Source of the DNA: Clostridia bacterium
Lineage (GTDB): Bacteria; Bacillota; Clostridia; DUPQ01
Direction: 5' to 3'
DNA length: 55,693 nucleotides
Assembly (NCBI GenBank): GCA_046484975.1
Contig: JAWOHX010000045.1
Span: 1 to 55,693 of the forward strand
Below the pieces are notes generated by a model. That model saw nothing but the letters and a program-made list of their open reading frames with translations. It had not been told where the DNA came from and did not search any database. Made by a program: the position numbers and the translations under genes. How positions within the stretch are numbered: the stretch's first letter is position 1; the number at the start of each line of letters is the position of its first letter. Shown piece by piece: positions 19,513-29,390 of this stretch.

Positions 19513-20163
19513 CTAGCGGAATCCGTCCTTGCTTCCGCCGATTTGGATGACCACTCCCCCGCCTTTGTATTTCAACCTGCCGGTGAAGAGATTTTCCAGC
19601 ACGTTTTTGATGTTCTTGTTGGAATCGCTGTATTGGTGGGTTGTCTTGATTTTTCCCTGGCTGCATTCGATGTTCAGTTCCCCCTGAGACGAATTACCGG
19701 TCTGGCCGGTGACGGTCTGCTGCCGGTTGGAGCTGACAAAGGTGATGCGGTTGATATCCTGGTTGGATAGAATGGTATTCGCCGTGTCCTCCTGCAGGAT
19801 TTCCCCGGGGCTCATGGAATAATAACGTTGTCCGAAATTGGCCCAGTGGCTCATCATTTCCGCCGAGGCCTTGAAAAACCCCTTGCCTTCCGCTTTGAGC
19901 CTCTCCTGTACCATTTTGTTCTCCCGGTTCTGACGTTCTTTTGTGATCACCGAAAAAACGGTGCTGGTGGGGAAGAACACCAGGCAGCAGGTCGTCAGAT
20001 TGAGAATCCCTTCCTTCCTCTGGACATTGAGCACCATGTGAGCCCGTTCCTCTCCTGCCTGGTTTGCAGCTGGTGTCTCCACTGCCTGCATCCGTGTCCC
20101 GCAGTTCCCGCAGAAAGCCGCCTGGTCCCCCAGCCGAGTTCCACAGTTCGTACAAAAAGCCAT
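19513..20163 (-). CDS. Zinc-ribbon domain protein of unknown function
   Basis: FCTNCG...FCGNCG zinc ribbon. GGAGGTG RBS precedes ATG 20163; own TATAAT at 20199-20194. Confidence 0.8.
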   Translation of the reverse strand: MAFCTNCGTRLGDQAAFCGNCGTRMQAVETPAANQAGEERAHMVLNVQRKEGILNLTTCCLVFFPTSTVFSVITKERQNRENKMVQERLKAEGKGFFKASAEMMSHWANFGQRYYSMSPGEILQEDTANTILSNQDINRITFVSSNRQQTVTGQTGNSSQGELNIECSQGKIKTTHQYSDSNKNIKNVLENLFTGRLKYKGGGVVIQIGGSKDGFR

Positions 20164-20307
20164 ATCACACCTCCGTAATGTTGTCATGCGTATATTATAT
20201 ATGATTCATAGGGGCACATGGATAAAAATGATGATTTTGTTCAACCCCTTTTTCATTTCCCACCGATGGGATATAATGAATGACATGCTACGAAATGGAG
20301 GATGAAC

Positions 20308-21042
20308 ATGATATCAATCAATATCTGCCATCTGTATCCCGATCTTCTGAATCTTTATGGAGACAGGGGCAACATCATATCCATGGTGCAAAGGCTCCGT
20401 TGGAGAAACGTTGATGTGCGCCTTGACCATGTCAACTTGAACGATCAATACGATTGGCATCAATATGACATCGTCTTCATTGGCGGCGGGCAGGATTTCG
20501 AGCAGGGCATCATCCTGAAGGACCTGAAACATGGAAAGGCCGAAGAAATACGCAGGGCCGTTGAAGAGGATGTTGTGTTCCTTTGCATATGCGGAGGATA
20601 CCAGCTGATGGGCAGGCAGTACAGGACCTGGGACGGCAAGGAATATGAGTTCATCGGAGCCTTGGACATCCACACCATCGGCCACAGGAAGAGGATGATC
20701 GGGGACTTCATGTTCCGATGCGTGGAACAGGACTGCCATGACCTGATCGTCACCGGCTTCGAGAACCATTCCGGAAAGACCTACCTGGGGGATTCCGTAT
20801 CCCCTCTTGGCACCGTCATCAGTGGATTCGGCAACAACGGGGAGGACAAGACGGAGGGAGCCCGTTACAGGAACGTGTTCTGCTCCTATTCCCATGGATC
20901 CCTGCTCCCCAAAAACCCCCGGTTGTGCGACCTCATCCTGCAAAAGGCATTGGACCGGAAATACCCGGGGTTTCTCCTGCAGGAGCTGGATGACTCCCTG
21001 GAAAATCAGGCTTGTGATTTCATCATGAAAAGATTGTCATAG
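20308..21042 (+). CDS. gatD: Glutamine amidotransferase subunit GatD (CobQ-like)
   Basis: LYPDLLNLYGDRGN, GGGQDFEQ, ICGGYQLMG, GFENHSG and HGSLLPKNP. GGAGG spacing favours ATG 20308. Confidence 0.92.
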   Translation: MISINICHLYPDLLNLYGDRGNIISMVQRLRWRNVDVRLDHVNLNDQYDWHQYDIVFIGGGQDFEQGIILKDLKHGKAEEIRRAVEEDVVFLCICGGYQLMGRQYRTWDGKEYEFIGALDIHTIGHRKRMIGDFMFRCVEQDCHDLIVTGFENHSGKTYLGDSVSPLGTVISGFGNNGEDKTEGARYRNVFCSYSHGSLLPKNPRLCDLILQKALDRKYPGFLLQELDDSLENQACDFIMKRLS

Positions 21043-22347
21043 AATCAGGCTTTTGAGGACCTCATCCATTCTCGCCAGTGAACGCTCCATATAAAATGAT
21101 TTTCTGTCCTGCTTCCGGATTTTTTTCTCCGGTGGCTTTAAGATGCCGTAGTTGGCGTTCATGGGCTGGAAATGATTGGCCGGTCCGTCGGAGACATAAT
21201 GCTGCAAGGCACCTGTCAGTGTATCGATGGTAAAATCCGCCATCTTTCTTCCCAAAAACCTCCTCGATGCATTGAGGCCAGCAACAATCCCTGAAACCGA
21301 GGACTCGAGATATCCTTCCACCCCGGTGATCTGGCCGGCGAAGAACAGGTCCGGGTGGGCCCTCATCTGGAAATGACAATTGAGCAATGCAGGGCTGTTG
21401 ATATAGGTGTTCTTATGCATGACGCCATATCGGTGGATGGTTGCATTGCCGAGGCCGGGAATCAGTTCCAGGAGTTTTTTCTGCTCTCCGAACAGAAGAT
21501 TGGTCTGAAACCCCACCAGGTTGTAAAGTGTACCTGCCTTGTTGTCTTTCCTGAGCTGTACCACTGCGAAAGGTTGTCTGCCGGTATGGGGGTCCGTCAG
21601 ACCCACCGGCCGCATGGGACCGAAACGCAAGGTGTCATATCCCCTCTTCGCCATGACCTCCACCGGCATGCATCCTTCGAATATCTTTCGGTCCTCGAAA
21701 TCCTTCAGTGGTACGGTCTTTGCCCCAAGGAGAAAGGAGTGGAATGCGCCGTATTCATCCTGATCCATGGGGCAATTGATGTAGTCCGGGTCTCCCTTGT
21801 CATACCGGGTGGCAAAATACACCTTCTGCAGGTCAATGGAGTCCTTTGAGACAACCGGGGAGGCTGCATCAAAGAAATACAGGTTTTCCCGTCCGGTTCG
21901 TTTCATGATGGAATCGGTGAGCCCGCCGCCGGTGAGGGGCCCCGTGGCCACGACGGTTGGGATGTCCACATCGAGGGCATCGACCTGCCCTTCGACAACT
22001 TCAATCATCGGGTCCGACTGGATGCGCCGGGTCATGAGGCCTGAGAATAAATCCCTGTCGACGGCCAGTGCATTCCCTGCTTCCACCCTGCAGTCCATGG
22101 CACTTTGAAGCACTGCGGAGCCAAGACGTTCCATTTCCATCTTCAACAATCCAGATGCATTGTCACGGGACATGGATTTGAAAGAATTGCTGCAGACCAG
22201 TTCTGCATAGGAAGGTGACCTGTGGGCCGGGGACATCATTCCGGGCTTCATTTCAAAAAGCCTGACAGGGATGCCGTGCTTTGTGATCTGCAAGGCAGCC
22301 TCGCATCCGGCCAGCCCGGCGCCGATGACCTTGATGAATCTGTCCAT
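21037..22347 (-). CDS. trmFO: Folate/FAD-dependent tRNA m5U54 methyltransferase TrmFO (Gid)
   Basis: GAGLAGCEAA, ELVCSNS, FFDAASP, FEGCMPVE, GFQTNL and AGQITGVEGY. Confidence 0.96.
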   Translation of the reverse strand: MDRFIKVIGAGLAGCEAALQITKHGIPVRLFEMKPGMMSPAHRSPSYAELVCSNSFKSMSRDNASGLLKMEMERLGSAVLQSAMDCRVEAGNALAVDRDLFSGLMTRRIQSDPMIEVVEGQVDALDVDIPTVVATGPLTGGGLTDSIMKRTGRENLYFFDAASPVVSKDSIDLQKVYFATRYDKGDPDYINCPMDQDEYGAFHSFLLGAKTVPLKDFEDRKIFEGCMPVEVMAKRGYDTLRFGPMRPVGLTDPHTGRQPFAVVQLRKDNKAGTLYNLVGFQTNLLFGEQKKLLELIPGLGNATIHRYGVMHKNTYINSPALLNCHFQMRAHPDLFFAGQITGVEGYLESSVSGIVAGLNASRRFLGRKMADFTIDTLTGALQHYVSDGPANHFQPMNANYGILKPPEKKIRKQDRKSFYMERSLARMDEVLKSLIL

Positions 22348-22348
22348 T

Positions 22349-24457
22349 TCAGGATCTCTTCTTATGGGGCTCCATCTCATGCCCGCAGGACGGGTTGCTG
22401 CATTTTAGCATGCTTTTCCCCTCTGTTCTGGTTTTCAGCATGAAATTACTGCATTTGGGGCAATCCTCGTCGGAGGGCATGTACCAGGAACTGAAGTCGC
22501 AGTCCGGATATTTTTCGCAACCAATGTATTTCTTATTGGTCCGTGTGTATTTTGTCACGACATTGCCTTTGCATTTCGGGCATGTCTTGCCTGTTTCCTC
22601 GATATATGGTTTGGTGCTCTTGCATTCCGGGAATCCCGGGCAGGCGAAGAATTTTCCATATTTCCCGGATTTGATGACCATATTGCGTCCGCACTTCTCA
22701 CACAATAAATCGGTTTGAATCTCAGGGACCTTGATTCTTTCCTGGGTCTGGTATGCCTTTTGAAGAGTGGGGTCGAAATCCTTGTAAAAATCCATCAGGA
22801 CCATTTTCCAGTCCAGTTGTTCGGATTCGATGCTGTCAAGCTTGTTCTCCATATCAGCTGTAAATCCGTAGTCCACGATGTATTCGAAGCTGTTTCTCAT
22901 GATGGAATCCACGATTTTTCCAAGTTCCGTGGGGACAAGGGTCTTCTTATCCCTTTGGACATACTCCCGGGTGATGATGGTGGATATGGTGGGCGCGTAG
23001 GTGCTGGGACGTCCGATGCCCATTTCCTCCATTGTCTTGACAAGGGATGCCTCAGTGAAACGAAAGGGTGGCTGGGTGAATTTCTGCTCTTTCTCGAGGT
23101 TTCTCATGCTCAATGGCTCGCCTTTTGACAGTTCAGGGATGTAATCGTTGGTGATGTCTTCCTTCTCGCTGTCATCAGGGGTCGATTCCTGGTCTTCATA
23201 AACAGCCAGGAACCCCTTGAAGGTGTTGACGCTTCCACTCGCCTTGAAGATGTGGCGCCCGGCGGTGATGTCCACCTGGACAGTGTCATATTCCGCAGGG
23301 GACATCTGGCTGGCGATGAAACGGTCGTAGATCAGCTTGTACAGCCTGGCTTGCTCCGGAGTCAGGCTGTCCGATATCTTATGGGGGAGAAGCTCCAGGC
23401 TGGCCGGACGGATGGCTTCATGGGCATCCTGGGCGTTTCCCTTGCTTTTATAGACCGGGATGGTCTTTGGCACAAAGGCCGAACCGAAGAGTGTTTCGAT
23501 GGTTCTCCTGGCCTCATGTTGCACGTCTGTGGTCACCCTCGTGGAGTCGGTTCTCATATATGTGATCAGTCCGACGCTTCCCATGTCCTTGATCTCGATG
23601 CCCTCATAAAGCTGCTGGGCGACACGCATGGTCCTCTGGGTGGTGAAGCCCAGCTTATTGGCGGCGTCCTGCTGAAGGGTGCTGGTGGTGAAGGGTGCCG
23701 CAGGTCTGCGGATTCTTTTCGACTTCTTAACGCTTTTCACCAGGAAATCAGCGTTCTTCACCTCTTCTTCAATACGGGAGGTCAGGTCTGCATCGCCGAC
23801 ATGGACCTTTCCTGTCTCGTCCCCGTAGTATTTGGCCTTGAAGGTGTCCTTTTTATTCAGCTTGGATAGCTCCACAAATAAATTCCAGTATTCCGAAGGG
23901 ACAAACCGGAGGATTTCCTCCTCCCTCTCGCAGATGAGCTTGACGGCCACTGACTGGACCCTGCCTGCACTCAACCCTTTCTTGACCTTTTTCCACAACA
24001 GGGGGCTGATCTTGTATCCGACAATCCTGTCCAGGATCCTCCTTGCCTGCTGGGAATTGACCATGGCACTGTTGATGACCATGGGATGGGCAATGGCCTC
24101 CTTGACAGCCTTTTCGGTGATTTCATTGAATGTAATGCGGCATTTTTCGTTTGTATTGATCTTCAGCAAAGTGGCAAGATGCCAGGAAATGGCTTCCCCT
24201 TCCCGGTCGGGGTCGGTGGCAAGGTAAATGCGGTCGGATGCCTCTGCATGCTTCTTGAGCTTACGGATGACCTCCTGTTTTCCCTTCAGGATCTCATAAT
24301 TCGGATGAAAACCATTTTCTATATCCACACCGAGGCTGTTGACCGGAAGATCCCGTACATGCCCCAGGCTCGCTTCGATCTCATAGTCGGCCCCCAGGTA
24401 TTTCTTGATGGTTTTCGCTTTTGCCGGAGATTCGACTATCACTAGATTTTTGGCCAT
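22349..24457 (-). CDS. topA: DNA topoisomerase I
   Basis: IVESPAKAKTI, DPDREGE, SAGRVQS, ITYMRTDS, AHEAIRP and C-terminal zinc ribbons. Confidence 0.97.
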   Translation of the reverse strand: MAKNLVIVESPAKAKTIKKYLGADYEIEASLGHVRDLPVNSLGVDIENGFHPNYEILKGKQEVIRKLKKHAEASDRIYLATDPDREGEAISWHLATLLKINTNEKCRITFNEITEKAVKEAIAHPMVINSAMVNSQQARRILDRIVGYKISPLLWKKVKKGLSAGRVQSVAVKLICEREEEILRFVPSEYWNLFVELSKLNKKDTFKAKYYGDETGKVHVGDADLTSRIEEEVKNADFLVKSVKKSKRIRRPAAPFTTSTLQQDAANKLGFTTQRTMRVAQQLYEGIEIKDMGSVGLITYMRTDSTRVTTDVQHEARRTIETLFGSAFVPKTIPVYKSKGNAQDAHEAIRPASLELLPHKISDSLTPEQARLYKLIYDRFIASQMSPAEYDTVQVDITAGRHIFKASGSVNTFKGFLAVYEDQESTPDDSEKEDITNDYIPELSKGEPLSMRNLEKEQKFTQPPFRFTEASLVKTMEEMGIGRPSTYAPTISTIITREYVQRDKKTLVPTELGKIVDSIMRNSFEYIVDYGFTADMENKLDSIESEQLDWKMVLMDFYKDFDPTLQKAYQTQERIKVPEIQTDLLCEKCGRNMVIKSGKYGKFFACPGFPECKSTKPYIEETGKTCPKCKGNVVTKYTRTNKKYIGCEKYPDCDFSSWYMPSDEDCPKCSNFMLKTRTEGKSMLKCSNPSCGHEMEPHKKRS

Positions 24458-24483
24458 GATACCCTCCTTTCTGATGTCTGCAT

Positions 24484-25287
24484 TTAATCATAACTTGTTT
24501 TTCCTGCATTTTCAACACCTTTCATCTCCTCTGCAAACTCTTGTGCCGACAGGATCAAGCCGCATCCGTCTTTTAAAAGCTTCAGTGTGCCACGGGACTC
24601 CCCATAGATTCCATGGGGCAATGCATACACCTCCCTGCCCTGTTCCATGGCGAATTCAGCGGTGATCAGGGAACCGCTTTTCTCCCCGGCTTCAATCACA
24701 ACGGTGCACATGCAAAGGCCGCTGATGATTCTGTTTCTTGCGGGAAAATGATGCCTCGCAGGACGGGTGCCCCGGGGATATTCGCTGAGAAGGCATCCCT
24801 TTTTCCTGATGACATCCATGAGGTCGGCGTTTTCCCTGGGATAGCAGATGTCCGTGCCGTTCCCAAGCACTGCGATGGTAAACCCATGTCCGGCCAGGGC
24901 GCCCTGGTGCGCCCTGGCGTCAATACCTTTCGCAAGACCACTGACAACAGTATACCCGCTTTCAGCAAGGGTTTTGGAGATGTCATATGCGGCCCTCAAT
25001 CCATAGCCGGAAGGATTCCTGGAGCCTACCACTGCCACGCACCGCCGGAACACCGGCGTTCCATCGTAGAAAAGGACCGGCGGAGGGTCGAAGATGGCAC
25101 CCAACGCAGCCGGGTAAAAGGAATCCGGGATGGTGAGGAAGGAGTCCTCATATCCGGAATCGTCGAAAAAAAACCCGCCATGGCTGAATATCCCGGCGGG
25201 TGTGCCATATTGATCCAGAAGCTCGTTCTTCTTCGAAGGCGTGGCCTGCAGTTTGCCCAGTGCGAACCAGTATCTCTTTTCATCCAT
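24484..25287 (-). CDS. dprA: DNA-processing protein DprA (short form)
   Basis: PPPVLFY, AVVGSR, VSGLAKGID, SEYP, FPARNRIISGL and SGSLITA. Upstream of topA. Start is ATG 25287, or TTG 25317. Confidence 0.9.
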   Translation of the reverse strand: MDEKRYWFALGKLQATPSKKNELLDQYGTPAGIFSHGGFFFDDSGYEDSFLTIPDSFYPAALGAIFDPPPVLFYDGTPVFRRCVAVVGSRNPSGYGLRAAYDISKTLAESGYTVVSGLAKGIDARAHQGALAGHGFTIAVLGNGTDICYPRENADLMDVIRKKGCLLSEYPRGTRPARHHFPARNRIISGLCMCTVVIEAGEKSGSLITAEFAMEQGREVYALPHGIYGESRGTLKLLKDGCGLILSAQEFAEEMKGVENAGKTSYD

Positions 25288-25293
25288 AGGACC

Positions 25294-25321
25294 ATTATAT
25301 GTCCCTGGGGCATTCAAGCAA
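25294..25321 (-). promoter_or_regulatory. Putative dprA promoter (candidate leaderless start)
   Basis: Minus strand: TTGCTT (25321-25316), 16-nt spacer, TATAAT (25299-25294), 6 nt, ATG. Confidence 0.5.
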
Positions 25322-26246
25322 TAACCTTGTCGATAAATGCCTTAACCGTATCCATGTATTCCTGGACATTCAGGGGGAAGGCCCCGGCATGAGCGCCCTG
25401 GTCAAACCATTTGATTTCCTTGACACTGGATGCCAGCCCGTCGTAGAGGTCCTGGGACATCTTCGGCGGGATATAGTCATCATCCCTGCAGTTGATGATG
25501 AGGACGGGGTTTGTGATCCGTTTTATTTTTGCCAGGATATCCACCTTTTTAAAATTGAATTTGAAAAGCAGTGTTGATACCAGGTTGGCTGATGTCATCA
25601 ATGCCTCCATCAGGAAATCCGGAAGGTTGATTTTTTCTTTTGCTCTATTCTTGACCTGCTCATAAATGTTGCTGTATGGGCAGTCCGCGATATAGAAGTC
25701 ACAATTGTCCTGGACACCGGATGCATAGCAGAGAAGGATTGCCGCACCCATGGACTCGCCGTGCAGGCCGAGGACATGGTTTTTTGGAGCATTCATGCGG
25801 ATGTGCTGGATGACTTTTTCAAGGTCATATTTCTCATAAAAGCCATAGGTCACCGTTTTCCCGCCGGAATTCCCATGGGCCCGGGCATCGAAGGCAAAGA
25901 CATGGAAGCCCATGGTGTGGTACAGATAAGCCAGGGATGACATGTAGTCCTTGTTGGTGGTGACGCCGTGGTTGAGAACGACATACCTGTTGCTGCCTTC
26001 CATTGGAATCTCCATGCACTCAAGGGGATATCCGTATGGGGATTGGATGGGAAAAATCTTCTTTTCCACATTCAAGAACCATGGTGATACCTTTTTCTTC
26101 CATTCCTCCGGGAATCTGGCGTTGTAGTCCGATTCCAGGTGATTACGGGGTTTCATTTTGATTTTGACTGTTTTCAGCGTGATGTACAGCCCCATGAAAC
26201 CCAGAATGACAATGATGATGAATACGACCCAAATAAAGATATTCAT
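25314..26246 (-). CDS. Membrane-anchored alpha/beta hydrolase
   Basis: N-terminal TM helix, HG, DARAHGNSGG, nucleophile elbow GESMG, DDYIP and GAH. Confidence 0.88.
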   Translation of the reverse strand: MNIFIWVVFIIIVILGFMGLYITLKTVKIKMKPRNHLESDYNARFPEEWKKKVSPWFLNVEKKIFPIQSPYGYPLECMEIPMEGSNRYVVLNHGVTTNKDYMSSLAYLYHTMGFHVFAFDARAHGNSGGKTVTYGFYEKYDLEKVIQHIRMNAPKNHVLGLHGESMGAAILLCYASGVQDNCDFYIADCPYSNIYEQVKNRAKEKINLPDFLMEALMTSANLVSTLLFKFNFKKVDILAKIKRITNPVLIINCRDDDYIPPKMSQDLYDGLASSVKEIKWFDQGAHAGAFPLNVQEYMDTVKAFIDKVIA

Positions 26247-26250
26247 GATT

Positions 26251-26943
26251 TCACTCCTTGCACCCCGGATACGTCAGTATGGCTTCCGGAAATGGCAACT
26301 TGCAGCGTTCCCGGGACAGGATTCCCTCAAGACGATGGGCATCCGAGGAATAAATGATGGGATAACCAAGCCCTTTGCATTGATTATATCCTCCCATATC
26401 CGTGATTTCAAGGTATTGGACGGGCAGATCCTCAGGAATGGCTCCCAGGTTGGTGAGGATGCTGTATGAATTTCTCTGTATATGGGCGGGGTACATGATG
26501 CCACCGATGGCTGTCAACATGTCTGCGGCCTGGTAGATGCCGATGTCCGCGGGAGCTGACAAAAGGCGCTCAACCTCATCCACGATGCAATCGGATTCGT
26601 CGAAGACAAGCTGGCGCCCGAATATGTCTGTCCGGTTGGAAGGAGAAGGCAGCCTTTTCCAGACATTCTCCTGCATTTCCAGTGCGCTCTCAATGTCTTT
26701 GAAAAGGCAGATGACATGGATTTCCTCGCTGGTCTCCAGTTCCATGCCTGGAATGAACTTGAGGCCTGCCTTTTTGGCGCATGTGGCCGTTGGAATGCAG
26801 TTCATCACGCTGTTGTGATCGGTAAGGGCGATGAGATGCAGGCCGTTCAGCACCGCCATCCGGACGATGTTGTTGGGAGTCATCTCTTCCTCCGCACATG
26901 GGGAAAGAGCGGAATGGATGTGGGTGTCCGCATACATTGCCAT
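26251..26943 (-). CDS. PHP-domain phosphoesterase
   Basis: DTHIHSALSPC, ALTDHN, GMELETSEEIH, PAHI and SSDAH. ATG overlaps the upstream TGA. Confidence 0.9.
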   Translation of the reverse strand: MAMYADTHIHSALSPCAEEEMTPNNIVRMAVLNGLHLIALTDHNSVMNCIPTATCAKKAGLKFIPGMELETSEEIHVICLFKDIESALEMQENVWKRLPSPSNRTDIFGRQLVFDESDCIVDEVERLLSAPADIGIYQAADMLTAIGGIMYPAHIQRNSYSILTNLGAIPEDLPVQYLEITDMGGYNQCKGLGYPIIYSSDAHRLEGILSRERCKLPFPEAILTYPGCKE

Positions 26944-27287
26944 CAGAAGGATCCGCCATGCATGAATGCCTGCATCCGTATGCACCCTTCATAAGTGGAA
27001 AAGGAAGTTGTAATGACAGGAACGCCCTCTTCTTCCGCTTTCAGCAAGGTTCTTTCTTCAGCATGCACCCCATGGGGAATTACGATGCAGGCCAGGTCGT
27101 TCAGCACTGCCACTGCCACCGTGTTCATGTGGGTCAGAATGGTGAACCAGGCATTTCCCTCCCTGGCATTGGCCATGACATGGCTCAGCAAGTCGCAGGC
27201 GAATCCTCCTGAAATTGTCCTGCCCGCATGTTCCCGGGCACACAGTATTTTTCCGTCAAGGGCTGCATTGAGGTCATTGACGGTCAT
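26943..27287 (-). CDS. DRTGG-domain protein
   Basis: MTVNDL, GGFACDLLSHVM, NTVAVA and KAEEEGVPV. Confidence 0.85.
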   Translation of the reverse strand: MTVNDLNAALDGKILCAREHAGRTISGGFACDLLSHVMANAREGNAWFTILTHMNTVAVAVLNDLACIVIPHGVHAEERTLLKAEEEGVPVITTSFSTYEGCIRMQAFMHGGSF

Positions 27288-28582
27288 TTTCCGGCCTTCC
27301 TTTCCTTTTTCAGCTGTTTCACCTCGTTTTCCAGATCCCTCACCTTTTCCTGCATCTCATGGAAGCAATTGGATTTTTTTGAAATCCCCCTGACGATGTC
27401 TTCCGCATGGGCATAACAACTCGGGGATCCGCAGGCTCCGCAGTCAAGCCCGGGAAGCTCCTGATGAATTTTCTGTATTTGATCAAGCTTTTTCATGGCT
27501 GTGGAGAGGTCATCGTCCAGTATCAGTACGGGGTTCTGACCGATTTCCTTTGTCCAGGTGTATTCATGCCAGTCTGAACAGAGGTTTTGTTCGCTGGTTT
27601 CCTCTGTTGAAGCAACCATCTGGTCCGTCAGGTATTTTCTTGCCATAAATGGATTTTCAATGGTCAGGGCGCCTCCCAGGCAACCTCCTGTGCAAGCCAG
27701 CGCTTCGATGAAAGAGACATCACCAAGAGAATCATCCTCAATTTTTTCCAGAATCCTGCAGACATCATGTATGCCATCGATGTACAGCTTCCGGGTAGAG
27801 CTCAGCAAGTCAGCCTCTCCCCCGCTTTTCGCCCAGGAAATGCCTTTCCTGCCGGACATGTGGATTTCTTCCTCATCTGCGGACATGGACCGAAGGTTCC
27901 TGAGGACTGGAAGGTAGATGTCGCTGACAGGTATGGTTTTGTCAACAGAAGAACGATCCTTCGTGTCCGGGGATCTCACGCTTGTCACTTTCGCCGGGCA
28001 TGGGGTGATAAAGAAAACACCCACATCGTGGTCCGAAACGCCATGCTCCTCCATTGCTTTCTTCCTGGCAATGCCAGCGGCGACCTCCATGGGGGATTCG
28101 AGCTTGATGATGTTTCCGATCAGGGAAGGAAACCGGACCTGGATGAGCCTGACCACGGCGGGACACGCCGAGGAAATGAGGGGGCGGGTCGTGTTGTGCT
28201 GCCTGATGTAGTCCTCCGTGGCTAAGGATACCAGCTCCGCGGCAAGGGATACATCATATACCATGTCAAAGCCCAGTTCCTTGATGGCTGCGAGGATCCG
28301 AATCCTGGGATAACATGAATCAAATTGTCCATATACTGAAGGGGCAGGTATGGCGACCCTGTATTTGTAGTCCTGAAGATCTGACAAGCTGTCCGCGACA
28401 GCTTTTTTGGCATGGTGGGGACAGATCCGGATGCATTCCCCACAGTCGATGCATCGTTCAGGAAGAATGAGAGCCTTGCCGTCCCTCACCCTGATGGCTT
28501 CCGTGGGGCAGTTTTTTATGCACTGGGTGCAAGCCTTGCATTTGTCCTTGTCAAGTGTCACGGAATGAAAATATATTTCCAT
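27284..28582 (-). CDS. Putative sensory (group D-like) [FeFe]-hydrogenase
   Basis: Two N-terminal CxxCxxC..CP motifs. Altered H-cluster motifs SSACP, TPCPAK and EALACTGGCLGG. C-terminal DCGACGSPSC. Confidence 0.88.
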   Translation of the reverse strand: MEIYFHSVTLDKDKCKACTQCIKNCPTEAIRVRDGKALILPERCIDCGECIRICPHHAKKAVADSLSDLQDYKYRVAIPAPSVYGQFDSCYPRIRILAAIKELGFDMVYDVSLAAELVSLATEDYIRQHNTTRPLISSACPAVVRLIQVRFPSLIGNIIKLESPMEVAAGIARKKAMEEHGVSDHDVGVFFITPCPAKVTSVRSPDTKDRSSVDKTIPVSDIYLPVLRNLRSMSADEEEIHMSGRKGISWAKSGGEADLLSSTRKLYIDGIHDVCRILEKIEDDSLGDVSFIEALACTGGCLGGALTIENPFMARKYLTDQMVASTEETSEQNLCSDWHEYTWTKEIGQNPVLILDDDLSTAMKKLDQIQKIHQELPGLDCGACGSPSCYAHAEDIVRGISKKSNCFHEMQEKVRDLENEVKQLKKERKAGK

Positions 28583-28603
28583 TGCATTCCTTTCCGCAGG
28601 GTT

Positions 28604-29041
28604 CTATCCCTTCAAAGATATCATGATTTCCAGGGTGGTGCCCTTTCCGACCTCTGTCCGGATGTCAAGGCAATCTGAGTGTCTCTTGATATTGGGCAGT
28701 CCCATCCCCGCGCCGAATCCCTTTTCCCTCACCGCATCGCTGGCTGTGGAATAGCCTTCCTGCATGGCAAGTCCAACATCAGGAATCCCAGGCCCGTTGT
28801 CAGAAACCCGAATCAGGATCTTATGGCTGCAGATTTCAATTTCCGCCCGGCCTCCCTGACCATGTATCACCGCATTCATTTCCGCCTCGTACATGGAAAT
28901 GGCCGCTTTCCTGACGATTTCTGGAGGTATGCCAAGTTGCCGGAACACTTTCTTGGCATTGCTGGAGGCTTCCCCGGCAAAATTGAAGTCATCCGCCGGG
29001 ATCACATAGGACATGGAATACTTAGTGGTTGTTAATGACAC
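28604..29041 (-). CDS. RsbT/anti-sigma-like Ser/Thr kinase (HATPase_c)
   Basis: AGEASS, YEAEMNAVIH, DNGPGIPD, EGYSTA and GAGMGLPN. GTG start at 29041 after GGAGG. Confidence 0.88.
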   Translation of the reverse strand: MSLTTTKYSMSYVIPADDFNFAGEASSNAKKVFRQLGIPPEIVRKAAISMYEAEMNAVIHGQGGRAEIEICSHKILIRVSDNGPGIPDVGLAMQEGYSTASDAVREKGFGAGMGLPNIKRHSDCLDIRTEVGKGTTLEIMISLKG

Positions 29042-29372
29042 CAAGTCCTCCCTTATACAGCTTCCCACAGGCGATATACATGGGATATCTCGTGGCGAGA
29101 ACCGTAATTTTGTTTTCCTGGGCCAGCTCAACGATCCGCTTCTCCGGTACCTTTCCCCGTATGAACACGACCACATTGATATCCATCATCTCCGCCGTGC
29201 GGATAACCTGCGGATTCATGAGGCCCGTCAAAAGGACCACGTTCTCTTTTACATAGGCCATGACGTCGCTCATCAGGTCGGCGCCACATGCCATTTGGAT
29301 GTCCATGTCCAGGTCAGGGTCATCGGTCAGGACATCCGCGTCCAGCAGTATCATCAGTTCCCTCAGCTTCAT
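29022..29372 (-). CDS. DRTGG-domain protein
   Basis: CGADLMSDVM, LLTGL, RTAEMMD and FIRGK. GAGGTG RBS. Confidence 0.87.
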   Translation of the reverse strand: MKLRELMILLDADVLTDDPDLDMDIQMACGADLMSDVMAYVKENVVLLTGLMNPQVIRTAEMMDINVVVFIRGKVPEKRIVELAQENKITVLATRYPMYIACGKLYKGGLGVINNH

Positions 29373-29390
29373 TTGATTCACCTCAAAAGG

